A stretch of DNA of 64,000 bases, from the NCBI RefSeq assembly GCF_054482595.1, contig NZ_CM137008.1; one strand, written 5' to 3'. Both the position numbers and the translations under genes were made by a program. Below are positions 19,495 through 27,608 of the stretch, piece after piece (the stretch's first letter is position 1; each line of letters starts with the position of its first letter). A model generated the notes under the pieces. That model was not told where the DNA came from. It did not search any database and was given only the letters and a program-made list of their open reading frames with translations.

Positions 19495-19904
19495 TGAATG
19501 CGTCATATGCAGTTATTGAAAATGGGATGGTTGTGAATGTCATTGTCTGGGATGGCGAGGCTGAATTCACAGTGCCGGATAATCAGCAGCTCATTGATAT
19601 TTCTGATATCAGTGAGCATCCCGGAATCGGCTGGGGGTATTCAGACGGGGTATTTACTGCGCCGCTCCCTCCGGAACGTTCTCATGATGAACTGGTAGCT
19701 GACGCTGAACAGAAAAAACAGTCGCTGATAGACGCAGCAATGGCCAATATCAGCGTGATTCAGTTAAAGCTGCAGGCCGGGCGCAAACTGACGCAAGAAG
19801 AAACTACCCGACTTAACGTTGTGCTGGATTACATTGACGCGGTGACAGCAACTGATACCAGCACCGCGCCAGATGTCATCTGGCCTGAACTGCCGGAGGC
19901 GTAG
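19494..19904 (+). CDS. Tail fibre assembly protein (Tfa/U-like)
   Basis: Start ATG overlapping fibre stop (taATG); C-terminal ...LDYIDAVTATDTSTAPDVIWPELPEA typical Tfa tail. Confidence 0.75.
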   Translation: MNASYAVIENGMVVNVIVWDGEAEFTVPDNQQLIDISDISEHPGIGWGYSDGVFTAPLPPERSHDELVADAEQKKQSLIDAAMANISVIQLKLQAGRKLTQEETTRLNVVLDYIDAVTATDTSTAPDVIWPELPEA

Positions 19905-20316
19905 GCCATTCAATATCTGGCCCACTGGAAGTATCGACCAGCTCCAGTGCGTCCAGATAATCCAGCCACAAATTATATTGCGCCAGTTCCTCACCTTTCA
20001 GACGACCAATAGCCGCTTTACCAGCCCATTGTTTACTGTTCATATAATCGTTAGCCTGATTAATCAATTGCTGCTTTTCCAGTTCGGCTGCAGCAATCTG
20101 TTCCTCATGTGTTGGTGGTGGAATTTCAGACCATGCAGGAAAACCATTTTCTCCAGCGATACGGATTTTTCCTTTCGGCGGTAATCCGGAAAACTCAATA
20201 TACGCTTGCTCATCAACTTCAACAGCATCATCTGGCCATGAGTCAGCTTGAGTGTAATCCTCTTTCATTTCCAGTGGATAGAAAGAGTTTGTAGTCGCGG
20301 AATATATGTAATTCAT
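19876..20316 (-). CDS. Alternative tail fibre assembly protein (Tfa-prime), inverted orientation
   Basis: 146 aa, convergent with tfa, C-terminus ...WLDYLDALELVDTSSGPDIEWPTPP paralogous to Tfa. Confidence 0.7.
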   Translation of the reverse strand: MNYIYSATTNSFYPLEMKEDYTQADSWPDDAVEVDEQAYIEFSGLPPKGKIRIAGENGFPAWSEIPPPTHEEQIAAAELEKQQLINQANDYMNSKQWAGKAAIGRLKGEELAQYNLWLDYLDALELVDTSSGPDIEWPTPPAVQAR

Positions 20317-20337
20317 TTTTCACTCCATATAGCTAAA

Positions 20338-20730
20338 TTAACAGCCTAACGCTAAAAATGAAGCGCCGAGACCTGGAGTACTGGCTCTGGATATAAATTT
20401 AACCGGGTCGGAACTAAAACCTGCGCAGGCAATATAACCAACAGACCCGCTATCTGGTGTGTAGTCTTGTGAGACCAAAACACGCAGACATCGGTTTGGA
20501 AATGCAATCGGAAAATGGGTTACCACATCCTGTGCAATGCCTGGTGCGCCGATTGAGCCCCACTGAAGAATAAAACCAGATGGTAATTTTTGATATCCAG
20601 TACCTGAAACAGAAAGCGTGAAGCTACCCATATCAGGTATCTGATTCGTCCCTGTCCCCACATTCCTTTTTGCCGCTTCTCCCAAACCAACGTTTATGAA
20701 AATGCAGAAATAACAAGCAAATGGCATCAT
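20338..20730 (-). CDS. Alternative tail fibre variable C-terminal segment (Sv-prime), unexpressed in this orientation
   Basis: Minus-strand ORF upstream of tfa-prime; contains right crossover site and encodes ...FINVGLGE... matching the junction peptide of the expressed fibre. Confidence 0.55.
   Translation of the reverse strand: MMPFACYFCIFINVGLGEAAKRNVGTGTNQIPDMGSFTLSVSGTGYQKLPSGFILQWGSIGAPGIAQDVVTHFPIAFPNRCLRVLVSQDYTPDSGSVGYIACAGFSSDPVKFISRASTPGLGASFLALGC
20678..20700. repeat. Right invertase crossover site (inverted copy)
   Basis: tctcccaaacc AA cgtttatgaa; reverse complement shares ggtttgggaga half-site with left site. Confidence 0.5.
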
Positions 20731-20756
20731 TCCTGCTTTTGTCAGGGAGATCTATC

Positions 20757-20885
20757 ATGCTTATTGGTTATGTACGCGTATCAACAAATGACCAGAATAC
20801 CGATCTACAACGCAATGCGCTGAACTGTGCAGGGTGTGAGCTGATTTTTGAAGACAAGATAAGCGGTACAAAGTCCGAGACCTAG
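20757..20885 (+). pseudogene. pin: Truncated DNA invertase gene (Pin/Gin/Hin family), only about 42 N-terminal codons
   Basis: MLIGYVRVSTNDQNTDLQRNALNCAGCELIFEDKISGTKSET then stop; serine-recombinase N-terminus with catalytic Ser in YVRVSTNDQ; full-length invertases are about 190 aa. Confidence 0.75.
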
Positions 20886-20980
20886 GGCTGACACTGCTGT
20901 TCTTGATGCAAATTAAAGGATTTAATAGTGAGTAGCGGCCTTACTAATGTAAGGCCGCTATAATCATTTTATTAATTGCA

Positions 20981-22870
20981 TTAATCGTGTTTTGGCCATA
21001 CTTTCAATGCAATTTCCCCCAACTTTTTACCCCGCTCCAGGATTTCATCCTCATCCCATTTATCCTTAACTATAAGTGGAATGTTCAGTCGTAGATTGGT
21101 GTGGACGATGAGAGCATCACGTTTTTTCAGAAATACAGCATTCTGAACAGAACGGTTTACGCTAAGGTTAAGCAAAGTTAGATTTCCCAACGTAGCTATC
21201 GCTTGTTGCCGTTTCCTTACCAGTAGCTGTTCAGGGGTAAGATCGGTTCCAGACAGAACAATTTGGTTCAATACCGTAGCATCTGAATTTGTCACCATAT
21301 GACCATTTTCGAGAGGCCAACAGGAAAACCAACTTTGAGGCATAAGATGATCGATATCGAGATTGGAAAGATTTGGACCATCAGGCTTCTCTGTCTTCAC
21401 TTGGCGACAAAGTTCTCTTTCAAGTTCCGTTAACATTGAGCGCATTTTCGGTGCGTCGAGCCTGCCAGGATAAAGTGGAGCATTGATGCAAGCATTGAGA
21501 AATTCTGAGTCACCAGGCCAACGTGAGGCTTCGCCATTTAAGCTATTGAGGATATTACGTAACTCAACACTGGAAATTTCCGTTTTAGACAAGTGCCGCA
21601 ATACATTCATAAATACATTGTTGTAATTCTTTGGCGTCAGGCCACATACGGCTCTTCGTACTACGTAGGAGACAAGATCATTATACATGGCTGCTTTCTC
21701 ATCATCAGCGATGTTAGCTATCGAAATGAACAAAGCAAGCGGATAAAGTGTCGTCACATCATAGTCTGCGATGCGATATCCAAAGTGTGAGATGGGGGTT
21801 GTGCCAAAACCATCAACCAATTCTTTATATTGTGATGCATATTGTTTGAGGCGCTTTACTTGCAGATCTGCTCGTTGTGAAGACAAGTCCTTACTTACAT
21901 AATCACGATACTCATTGTAAAGGCGAGACAGATCAATTTCACGCTGCCTTTCTGATTGCAATGTCGCATGTACTAGCCACTCCATGCGTGGTTTATTAAT
22001 ACGTCCACGGCGTTGCTTTTCCGACCAGTATTTATCTTCAAAGCTCTTCCACTCATTTTCATATAATTCAATAGCATTAATATTTTCATGCTCAGCGCAC
22101 ATAAAGATATAGTTGCGAATAAGATCCGTGGCATGAAGTTCCGCCCCTCGCCCATTTAATGTTTCAAAAATTATTTGGGCATCATCTTCAGCTTCGAGAA
22201 ATATGCTTACCAGTTTCAGATCTGTTAAGACAGCCTCAATTAGAGCTACAGCATTTTCTTGTGGTGAGTGGTTTTCTATTTTAATCCATTTTATAAAGGC
22301 TTCAGTAAAAAAACATAATGCTTCTAGTGATGGCGGGTGATTAAAATGCTTACGCAACGTACCATGCTGCGTGAAACTATCAGAGAATACGTCCCGGAGA
22401 TCGTCAATATTTTCAACATTAAAACTTTGAATAAAATGAGTTTGATCCCGAAAAGTTGGCCATAGTTTGAAGCGTTCTACTTCTTTATTTCGCATTGTGT
22501 CTTCGTTTGAGTTTTTCAGGCAAGGCGAAATGAGAGCCTCTAAGCTGAAAAGATCCGTAGCACGTAATGCTAATCGGATGGATGCCAGAACATATTGAAG
22601 AGTGGTCAATCGTTGCTGACCATCAATAATATGTATGGAATCTACACCTAATAATCCTTTTTTTGATTGAGGTTCCAGTACAACCGCACCAAGGAAATGG
22701 GGAGTTGGTTTTGTACCCGAGAGCCGGGATTGTGCTTTCTCTAGGATATCCTCCAGTAGAGCTGACCATTGGTCTTGCTGAGTCCATACATAGGCACGTT
22801 GATAGAATGGAACACAGTATTGTCGGCGGTCTTGAAAAAGTTGTTGGACAGTTAGCGTCTCGGATTTCAT
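20981..22870 (-). CDS. GmrSD-like type IV restriction endonuclease candidate (DUF262 N-terminal, DUF1524 C-terminal)
   Basis: ORF 20981..22930; motifs FYQRAYVW and IIDGQQRLTTL (DUF262) and NLDIDHLMPQSW (DUF1524 His-Me); probable start MKSETLTVQQ at 22870 with AGG SD; visibly AT-rich. Confidence 0.8.
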   Translation of the reverse strand: MKSETLTVQQLFQDRRQYCVPFYQRAYVWTQQDQWSALLEDILEKAQSRLSGTKPTPHFLGAVVLEPQSKKGLLGVDSIHIIDGQQRLTTLQYVLASIRLALRATDLFSLEALISPCLKNSNEDTMRNKEVERFKLWPTFRDQTHFIQSFNVENIDDLRDVFSDSFTQHGTLRKHFNHPPSLEALCFFTEAFIKWIKIENHSPQENAVALIEAVLTDLKLVSIFLEAEDDAQIIFETLNGRGAELHATDLIRNYIFMCAEHENINAIELYENEWKSFEDKYWSEKQRRGRINKPRMEWLVHATLQSERQREIDLSRLYNEYRDYVSKDLSSQRADLQVKRLKQYASQYKELVDGFGTTPISHFGYRIADYDVTTLYPLALFISIANIADDEKAAMYNDLVSYVVRRAVCGLTPKNYNNVFMNVLRHLSKTEISSVELRNILNSLNGEASRWPGDSEFLNACINAPLYPGRLDAPKMRSMLTELERELCRQVKTEKPDGPNLSNLDIDHLMPQSWFSCWPLENGHMVTNSDATVLNQIVLSGTDLTPEQLLVRKRQQAIATLGNLTLLNLSVNRSVQNAVFLKKRDALIVHTNLRLNIPLIVKDKWDEDEILERGKKLGEIALKVWPKHD

Positions 22871-23140
22871 GGTATACCTGTAAGCGACATTGTACAAAAG
22901 TGAGGAGTTAATCTGATTTAGAACAATCATTTTATTTTGCTATGATACAACGTATTTGTTACCGGTTAAGCAAAAAACGCGTCTGAACGCTGACGTTTTA
23001 GGGCTTTACTGGTTATTCTTTCTTATCTCTTCATCATCCCATCGGCATCCTGTCGAGGTTGTTGACTTGTTGTTATTTATTTTGTCTAGGCGCTGTTTAA
23101 TTATTATTGATAGAACTGATGGTGAGAGGTGATTGAAACC

Positions 23141-23170
23141 GTAGGCACGTCGTTTGCAAGGACGTGCTAC
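23141..23170. other. Stable hairpin in AT-rich spacer
   Basis: gtaggcacgtc gtttgcaag gacgtgctac, about 10 bp stem with one bulge. Confidence 0.3.
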
Positions 23171-23225
23171 GACTGGCTGGTGAATTTCCGATAGTGCGAG
23201 TATTGAATGATTTCCTACGTGCTAA

Positions 23226-23472
23226 CTAGTGAACAAACAACTCTTCAGTAGACTCTCAGGTATCATTCAGAGTTTCCTGAACGAAAGTTTTAGCTCAATC
23301 TTTATCTGCAGTATGTCTAACTGAAAAACTATCGTTGCTGGTGGCTTTTACGATCATCTCCACATCGTCATAACGCTTGCCAATGTGTTGGGTTAATTCT
23401 TCCTTTAACGCGTCCACAGCGCCGTTTGGCATTTGGTCATTTGTCTTTGGCTATGGAGATCTCAATACGCAT
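23226..23472 (-). pseudogene. dinI-family gene remnant disrupted by a frameshift and two in-frame TGA codons
   Basis: Minus strand reads [11 protein letters not shown] then, one nucleotide out of frame, [66 protein letters not shown]; resembles DinI (MRIEVTIAKTSPLPAGAIDALAGEL...SVRY...ILQETWESADDWFV) as recalled; length about 246 nt. Confidence 0.55.
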
Positions 23473-23677
23473 AACACTTCTTTTGTACTGCGTTTGTAGA
23501 CAGTATTATTCTTATCTGTGTAAATAAACAGTATCAAGACTTCGTTTTAGCTGCATAAGAAAAAAGAGATGGATACATTCGGAAAGCTTTTGATGGTGGT
23601 AGGCTAAGTGAATAGCCTAAAGGTGTTTTACCCCAATTATTCCCCGGTATTTCTCCGCATAAAAAACAATCATAAAA

Positions 23678-23710
23678 AAACCAGCCATAATAGGCTGGTT
23701 TTTAAGGGAT
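23678..23710 (-). terminator. proL terminator (hairpin flanked by A and T runs, bidirectional)
   Basis: aaaaaaa ccagcc ataata ggctgg ttttt just 3' of the tRNA on the minus strand. Confidence 0.5.
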
Positions 23711-23713
23711 TTT

Positions 23714-23790
23714 TGGTCGGCACGAGAGGATTTGAACCTCCGACCCCCGACACCCCATGACGGTGCGCTACCAGGCTGCGCTACGTGCCG
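23714..23790 (-). tRNA. proL: tRNA-Pro (anticodon GGG)
   Basis: Reverse complement cggcacgtagcgcagcctggtagcgcaccgtcatggggtgtcgggggtcggaggttcaaatcctctcgtgccgacca; cloverleaf with U33-GGG-G37 anticodon loop, TTCAAAT T-loop and CCA end. Confidence 0.92.
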
Positions 23791-23864
23791 ACTCGTGGCT
23801 GTTAATACTACCGTTTTCCACACCGATTGCAAGTAAGATATTTCGCTAACTGATTTATAATTAA

Positions 23865-25625
23865 TCAGTTAGCGATAAAACGCTTCTCGTCTGTCAGTAC
23901 TTGCAATAACAAACTTAACTGTGGTTTTTCATCTTTCACTCTTTCACCACGTAAGTTGTAAGTGCGGTATTTACCGTTATTGTTCAGCACCAGCGTCTTT
24001 TTCGGGGTGGTAATTGCCAGCGTATCGTTATCCGCTGCGGTAACCCAGTAATGACGGCGTTGAGGGTTGAACAAATCCTGACCTTGCGAATATTCGCTGG
24101 CAGGTGTGCTGACATGTAGCAGGCGTTGCATCAGCGTCGTCATCAGATCGGTATGATCAGTCAGCGCATTAATACGCTGCGCCGGCGTGCCTGGCCAGTG
24201 AATCACTAATGGCACCTGCAGATGACCGTGGGACCAGTCAAAGGTTTCTTCCTCTTCGCTCAGTGGAATACCCCGACCGGCAGTGATAATCACCACCGTG
24301 TTGTCCAGTTTGCCAGAATCACGCAGTGCATTGAGCACGCGGTTGATCTGGTCATCGACATTGCCTGCCGCCCGGCTATATTTCCGTGCAAATGCCTGCT
24401 GATTGCTGTCGTCAATGTTAGTGCCATTGAAAGAGACCCACGAGAACCAGCGGTTATCTTCTTGTGCGTAGCGGCCCAGCCAGTTGATCCACTGCGTGGC
24501 GGTCTGCTCGTCGGATTGGGTGCGTACGCTCGGCATCGAGAAATCTGACAACAATGCCTGGCGATACAGCGGGCTGGTAAAGCCATCTGATGAGAATAAC
24601 CCCAGCTGATAGCCTTGCTGATTAAGCGCAGTAATTAATGCCGCAGGCGTACGGGTCGACAGAATGCCGTCCATATAGCTCGGCGAGATGCCATAGAACA
24701 GGCCAAAGATGCCGTTGTCTGTAGTGTTGCCGGAGCTCATATGGCGCGTAAACGAAATATTTTGCTCAGCAAAACCTGCCAGCGCAGGCATCTGCTTCTC
24801 GAAGCGTGAGTAGTTCAGGCCATCGACAGTAATCAACAGCACATTCTGCCCAGTGCCCATATCGCGATAGCGCAGTTCGCTTAACGGATACTGAACGGAA
24901 ACGGCGTCTGGATTACCTTGCTCAATAAGACGGCGTTGATACTCCTGCGCATCAAGCAGGCCATGCTTCTCAAGAAAACGTCGCGCCGTCATCGGGTACG
25001 AAAGCGGCAGGTTAGCGCGCTGCATGGTGATCGGGCGATAGAAGTTGGCATCGGCCCAGATATACACCACATGCGAGGCGATAAAGGCGATAAATAAGAA
25101 TGCGGCCAGCGGGCGCGCGAAGCGCCGACGACGCGTCAGGCTGCGCAGCTTTTGCCAGCTCCACGTCGCAAACACCAGTTCAAGCAATAAAATAACCGGC
25201 ACGCTGATGAACATCAGCTGCCAGTCGCGCGCCATCTCATTTTCGTCTGGGTTGATAACCAGTTGCCAGACGATGGGATTAAGATGGAGATGGAAACGAG
25301 TAAAGACTTCGCTATCGATCAGTAATAGCGTCATTCCCGCCGTTGCCAGAATGACGGACAAAAACCTCATCAGCCTCTGGGAGCCGACGATAAAGGTCAG
25401 CGGGAAGAGGATCAGCAAGTAGGCGGCGAACACCAGGAAGCTGAAATGGCCGATAATGCTTACGTAGGAATAAATGCGACCAGCAAGCGTGGTCGGCCAG
25501 TCGGCGATAAACAGGTAACGGCTGCCAATGACGAGCGAAAGCAGAATATTGAACAGTGCAAACCAGTGCCCCCAACTGACCATCTGGGAGACTTTTTCAC
25601 GGTAGCGCTGACGATGAGTTACCAT
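23865..25625 (-). CDS. yejM: Inner-membrane cardiolipin/LPS homeostasis protein YejM (PbgA/LapC)
   Basis: 586 aa, N-terminal TM region then sulfatase-like domain; K-12 synteny next to proL. Confidence 0.9.
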   Translation of the reverse strand: MVTHRQRYREKVSQMVSWGHWFALFNILLSLVIGSRYLFIADWPTTLAGRIYSYVSIIGHFSFLVFAAYLLILFPLTFIVGSQRLMRFLSVILATAGMTLLLIDSEVFTRFHLHLNPIVWQLVINPDENEMARDWQLMFISVPVILLLELVFATWSWQKLRSLTRRRRFARPLAAFLFIAFIASHVVYIWADANFYRPITMQRANLPLSYPMTARRFLEKHGLLDAQEYQRRLIEQGNPDAVSVQYPLSELRYRDMGTGQNVLLITVDGLNYSRFEKQMPALAGFAEQNISFTRHMSSGNTTDNGIFGLFYGISPSYMDGILSTRTPAALITALNQQGYQLGLFSSDGFTSPLYRQALLSDFSMPSVRTQSDEQTATQWINWLGRYAQEDNRWFSWVSFNGTNIDDSNQQAFARKYSRAAGNVDDQINRVLNALRDSGKLDNTVVIITAGRGIPLSEEEETFDWSHGHLQVPLVIHWPGTPAQRINALTDHTDLMTTLMQRLLHVSTPASEYSQGQDLFNPQRRHYWVTAADNDTLAITTPKKTLVLNNNGKYRTYNLRGERVKDEKPQLSLLLQVLTDEKRFIAN

Positions 25626-25644
25626 AACCTGTTATCTGTTTCCC

Positions 25645-25872
25645 TTAGTGCGCTTTGTCTTCGTTGATAGAGGACTGTAAGGCGCGGGCAAAAGAGTTGG
25701 CAATTGCCTGGCGTTGGGCCGGGGCAATGCTGGTGTTGATAAGGTTAGTGACCATGTTGCCTAACACCATCAGGGAAAGGTCGGTCGGAGCCTTATGTTT
25801 TTCCAGTACGTTGAGCAGCTCTGCGAGCAATTGTTCAACCTGTTCATCACTGTAGCGGGAAATTTGTGGCAT
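25645..25872 (-). CDS. yejL: UPF0352 protein YejL
   Basis: 75 aa [26 protein letters not shown]... Confidence 0.9.
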
Positions 25873-26053
25873 AAATCGAAATCAGTTAGTTGATGAAAGG
25901 GCAACATATTACCGTAGCAACGGTTTTTTTTCTGCTTTTTTATGCGTTAAATCATTCTCGTTACGCCGCCTTCTGTAAAATGACCGCCATCTTTTATTGC
26001 GTCGCTTAACCGGCGGTGGTTGAATACCGCCCGGTCTTAAAGGAGAGTTTATC

Positions 26054-27061
26054 ATGAGTCTGGATATCAACCAGATTGCTCTGCACCAGCTTATCAAGCG
26101 TGATGAGCAGAACCTTGAGCTGGTGTTGCGCGATTCATTGCTGGAACCGACAGAAACCGTCGTTGAGATGGTGGCAGAACTGCATCGGGTCTATAGCGCC
26201 AAAAATAAAGCTTACGGCTTGTTTAGCGAAGAGAGTGAACTGGCGCAGACGCTGCGCTTACAGCGTCAGGGTGAAGAGGACTTTCTGGCATTTAGCCGCG
26301 CGGCAACCGGTCGCCTGCGTGACGAATTAGCGAAATATCCTTTTGCTGACGGTGGATTCGTGCTGTTTTGCCACTATCGCTATCTGGCGGTGGAGTATTT
26401 GCTGGTGGCAGTTCTGAGCAACCTGAGCAGTATGCGCGTTAACGAAAATCTCGACATCAACCCAACCCATTATCTTGATATCAATCATGCGGATATTGTT
26501 GCGCGTATCGATTTAACCGAATGGGAAACCAATCCAGAGTCCACCCGCTATCTCACTTTCCTGAAAGGGAGAGTAGGGCGCAAAGTGGCGGATTTCTTTA
26601 TGGATTTCCTCGGGGCCAGCGAAGGTTTAAACGCGAAAGCGCAAAACCGTGGGCTGTTGCAAGCGGTTGATGATTTCACTGCCGAAGCACAACTGGATAA
26701 AGCAGAGCGACAGAACGTGCGCCAGCAGGTTTATAGCTACTGTAATGAGCAGCTGCAGGCAGGCGAAGAGATCGAACTGGAATCGCTGTCGAAAGAGCTG
26801 GCAGGCGTAAGCGAAGTGAGCTTCACGGAGTTTGCGGCTGAAAAAGGCTACGAACTGGAAGAGAGCTTCCCGGCAGACCGTAGCACACTGCGTCAGTTGA
26901 CGAAGTTTGCCGGTAGCGGCGGTGGCTTGACTATTAACTTTGATGCGATGCTGTTAGGTGAACGCATCTTCTGGGATCCAGCAACCGATACCTTGACCAT
27001 TAAAGGCACGCCGCCGAATTTGCGCGACCAATTGCAGCGCCGGACGTCCGGCGGCAATTAA
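26054..27061 (+). CDS. yejK: Nucleoid-associated protein YejK (NdpA)
   Basis: 335 aa [19 protein letters not shown]... Confidence 0.9.
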
Positions 27062-27080
27062 TCGGTTTTGTGTTCTGAAT

Positions 27081-27114
27081 GCCAGATGCGGCGTGAACGC
27101 CTTATCTGGCCTGC
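27081..27114. repeat. REP (repetitive extragenic palindromic) element
   Basis: gccagatgcggcgtgaacgccttatctggcctgc, canonical REP consensus. Confidence 0.75.
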
Positions 27115-27155
27115 AAAAAATAGCAATACCGTAATCAGGCATAATCTGCAGATAC

Positions 27156-27184
27156 AAAAAACCCCGCCGGTGCGGGGTTTTTTA
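27156..27184. terminator. Bidirectional rho-independent terminator between yejK and rplY
   Basis: aaaaaa ccccgccggtgcgggg tttttt. Confidence 0.65.
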
Positions 27185-27199
27185 CAACTTATTCAGCAA

Positions 27200-27592
<393 letters not shown>

Positions 27593-27608
27593 TCAATCAA
27601 AACTACCA

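Larger units (their letters stand above)
1..23713. mobile_element. Prophage, right-hand portion (late, head and Mu-like tail modules); continues beyond window start and abuts tRNA-Pro
   Basis: Contiguous same-strand block of phage morphogenesis genes (HNH, TerS, TerL, portal, protease, MCP, sheath, tube, tape measure, baseplate, tail fibre, invertase remnant) ending just before proL; left boundary not in window. Confidence 0.8.

Noticed and set aside
22871-22930. First 20 codons of the GmrSD-like ORF call (MIVLNQINSSLLYNVAYRYT)
   Set aside because: No ribosome-binding site before the ATG at 22930, whereas the ATG at 22870 has one and is immediately followed by the conserved DUF262 start.
23226-23472. 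In-frame TGA codons in the dinI-like remnant as possible selenocysteine or readthrough sites
   Set aside because: A frameshift is also present, there is no SECIS-like element, and the context is an eroding prophage end; a pseudogene is the simpler explanation.
22931-23713. Expected phage integrase next to the tRNA
   Set aside because: No integrase-sized ORF exists between the tail genes and proL on either strand; the integrase must lie beyond the left edge of the window, or be lost.
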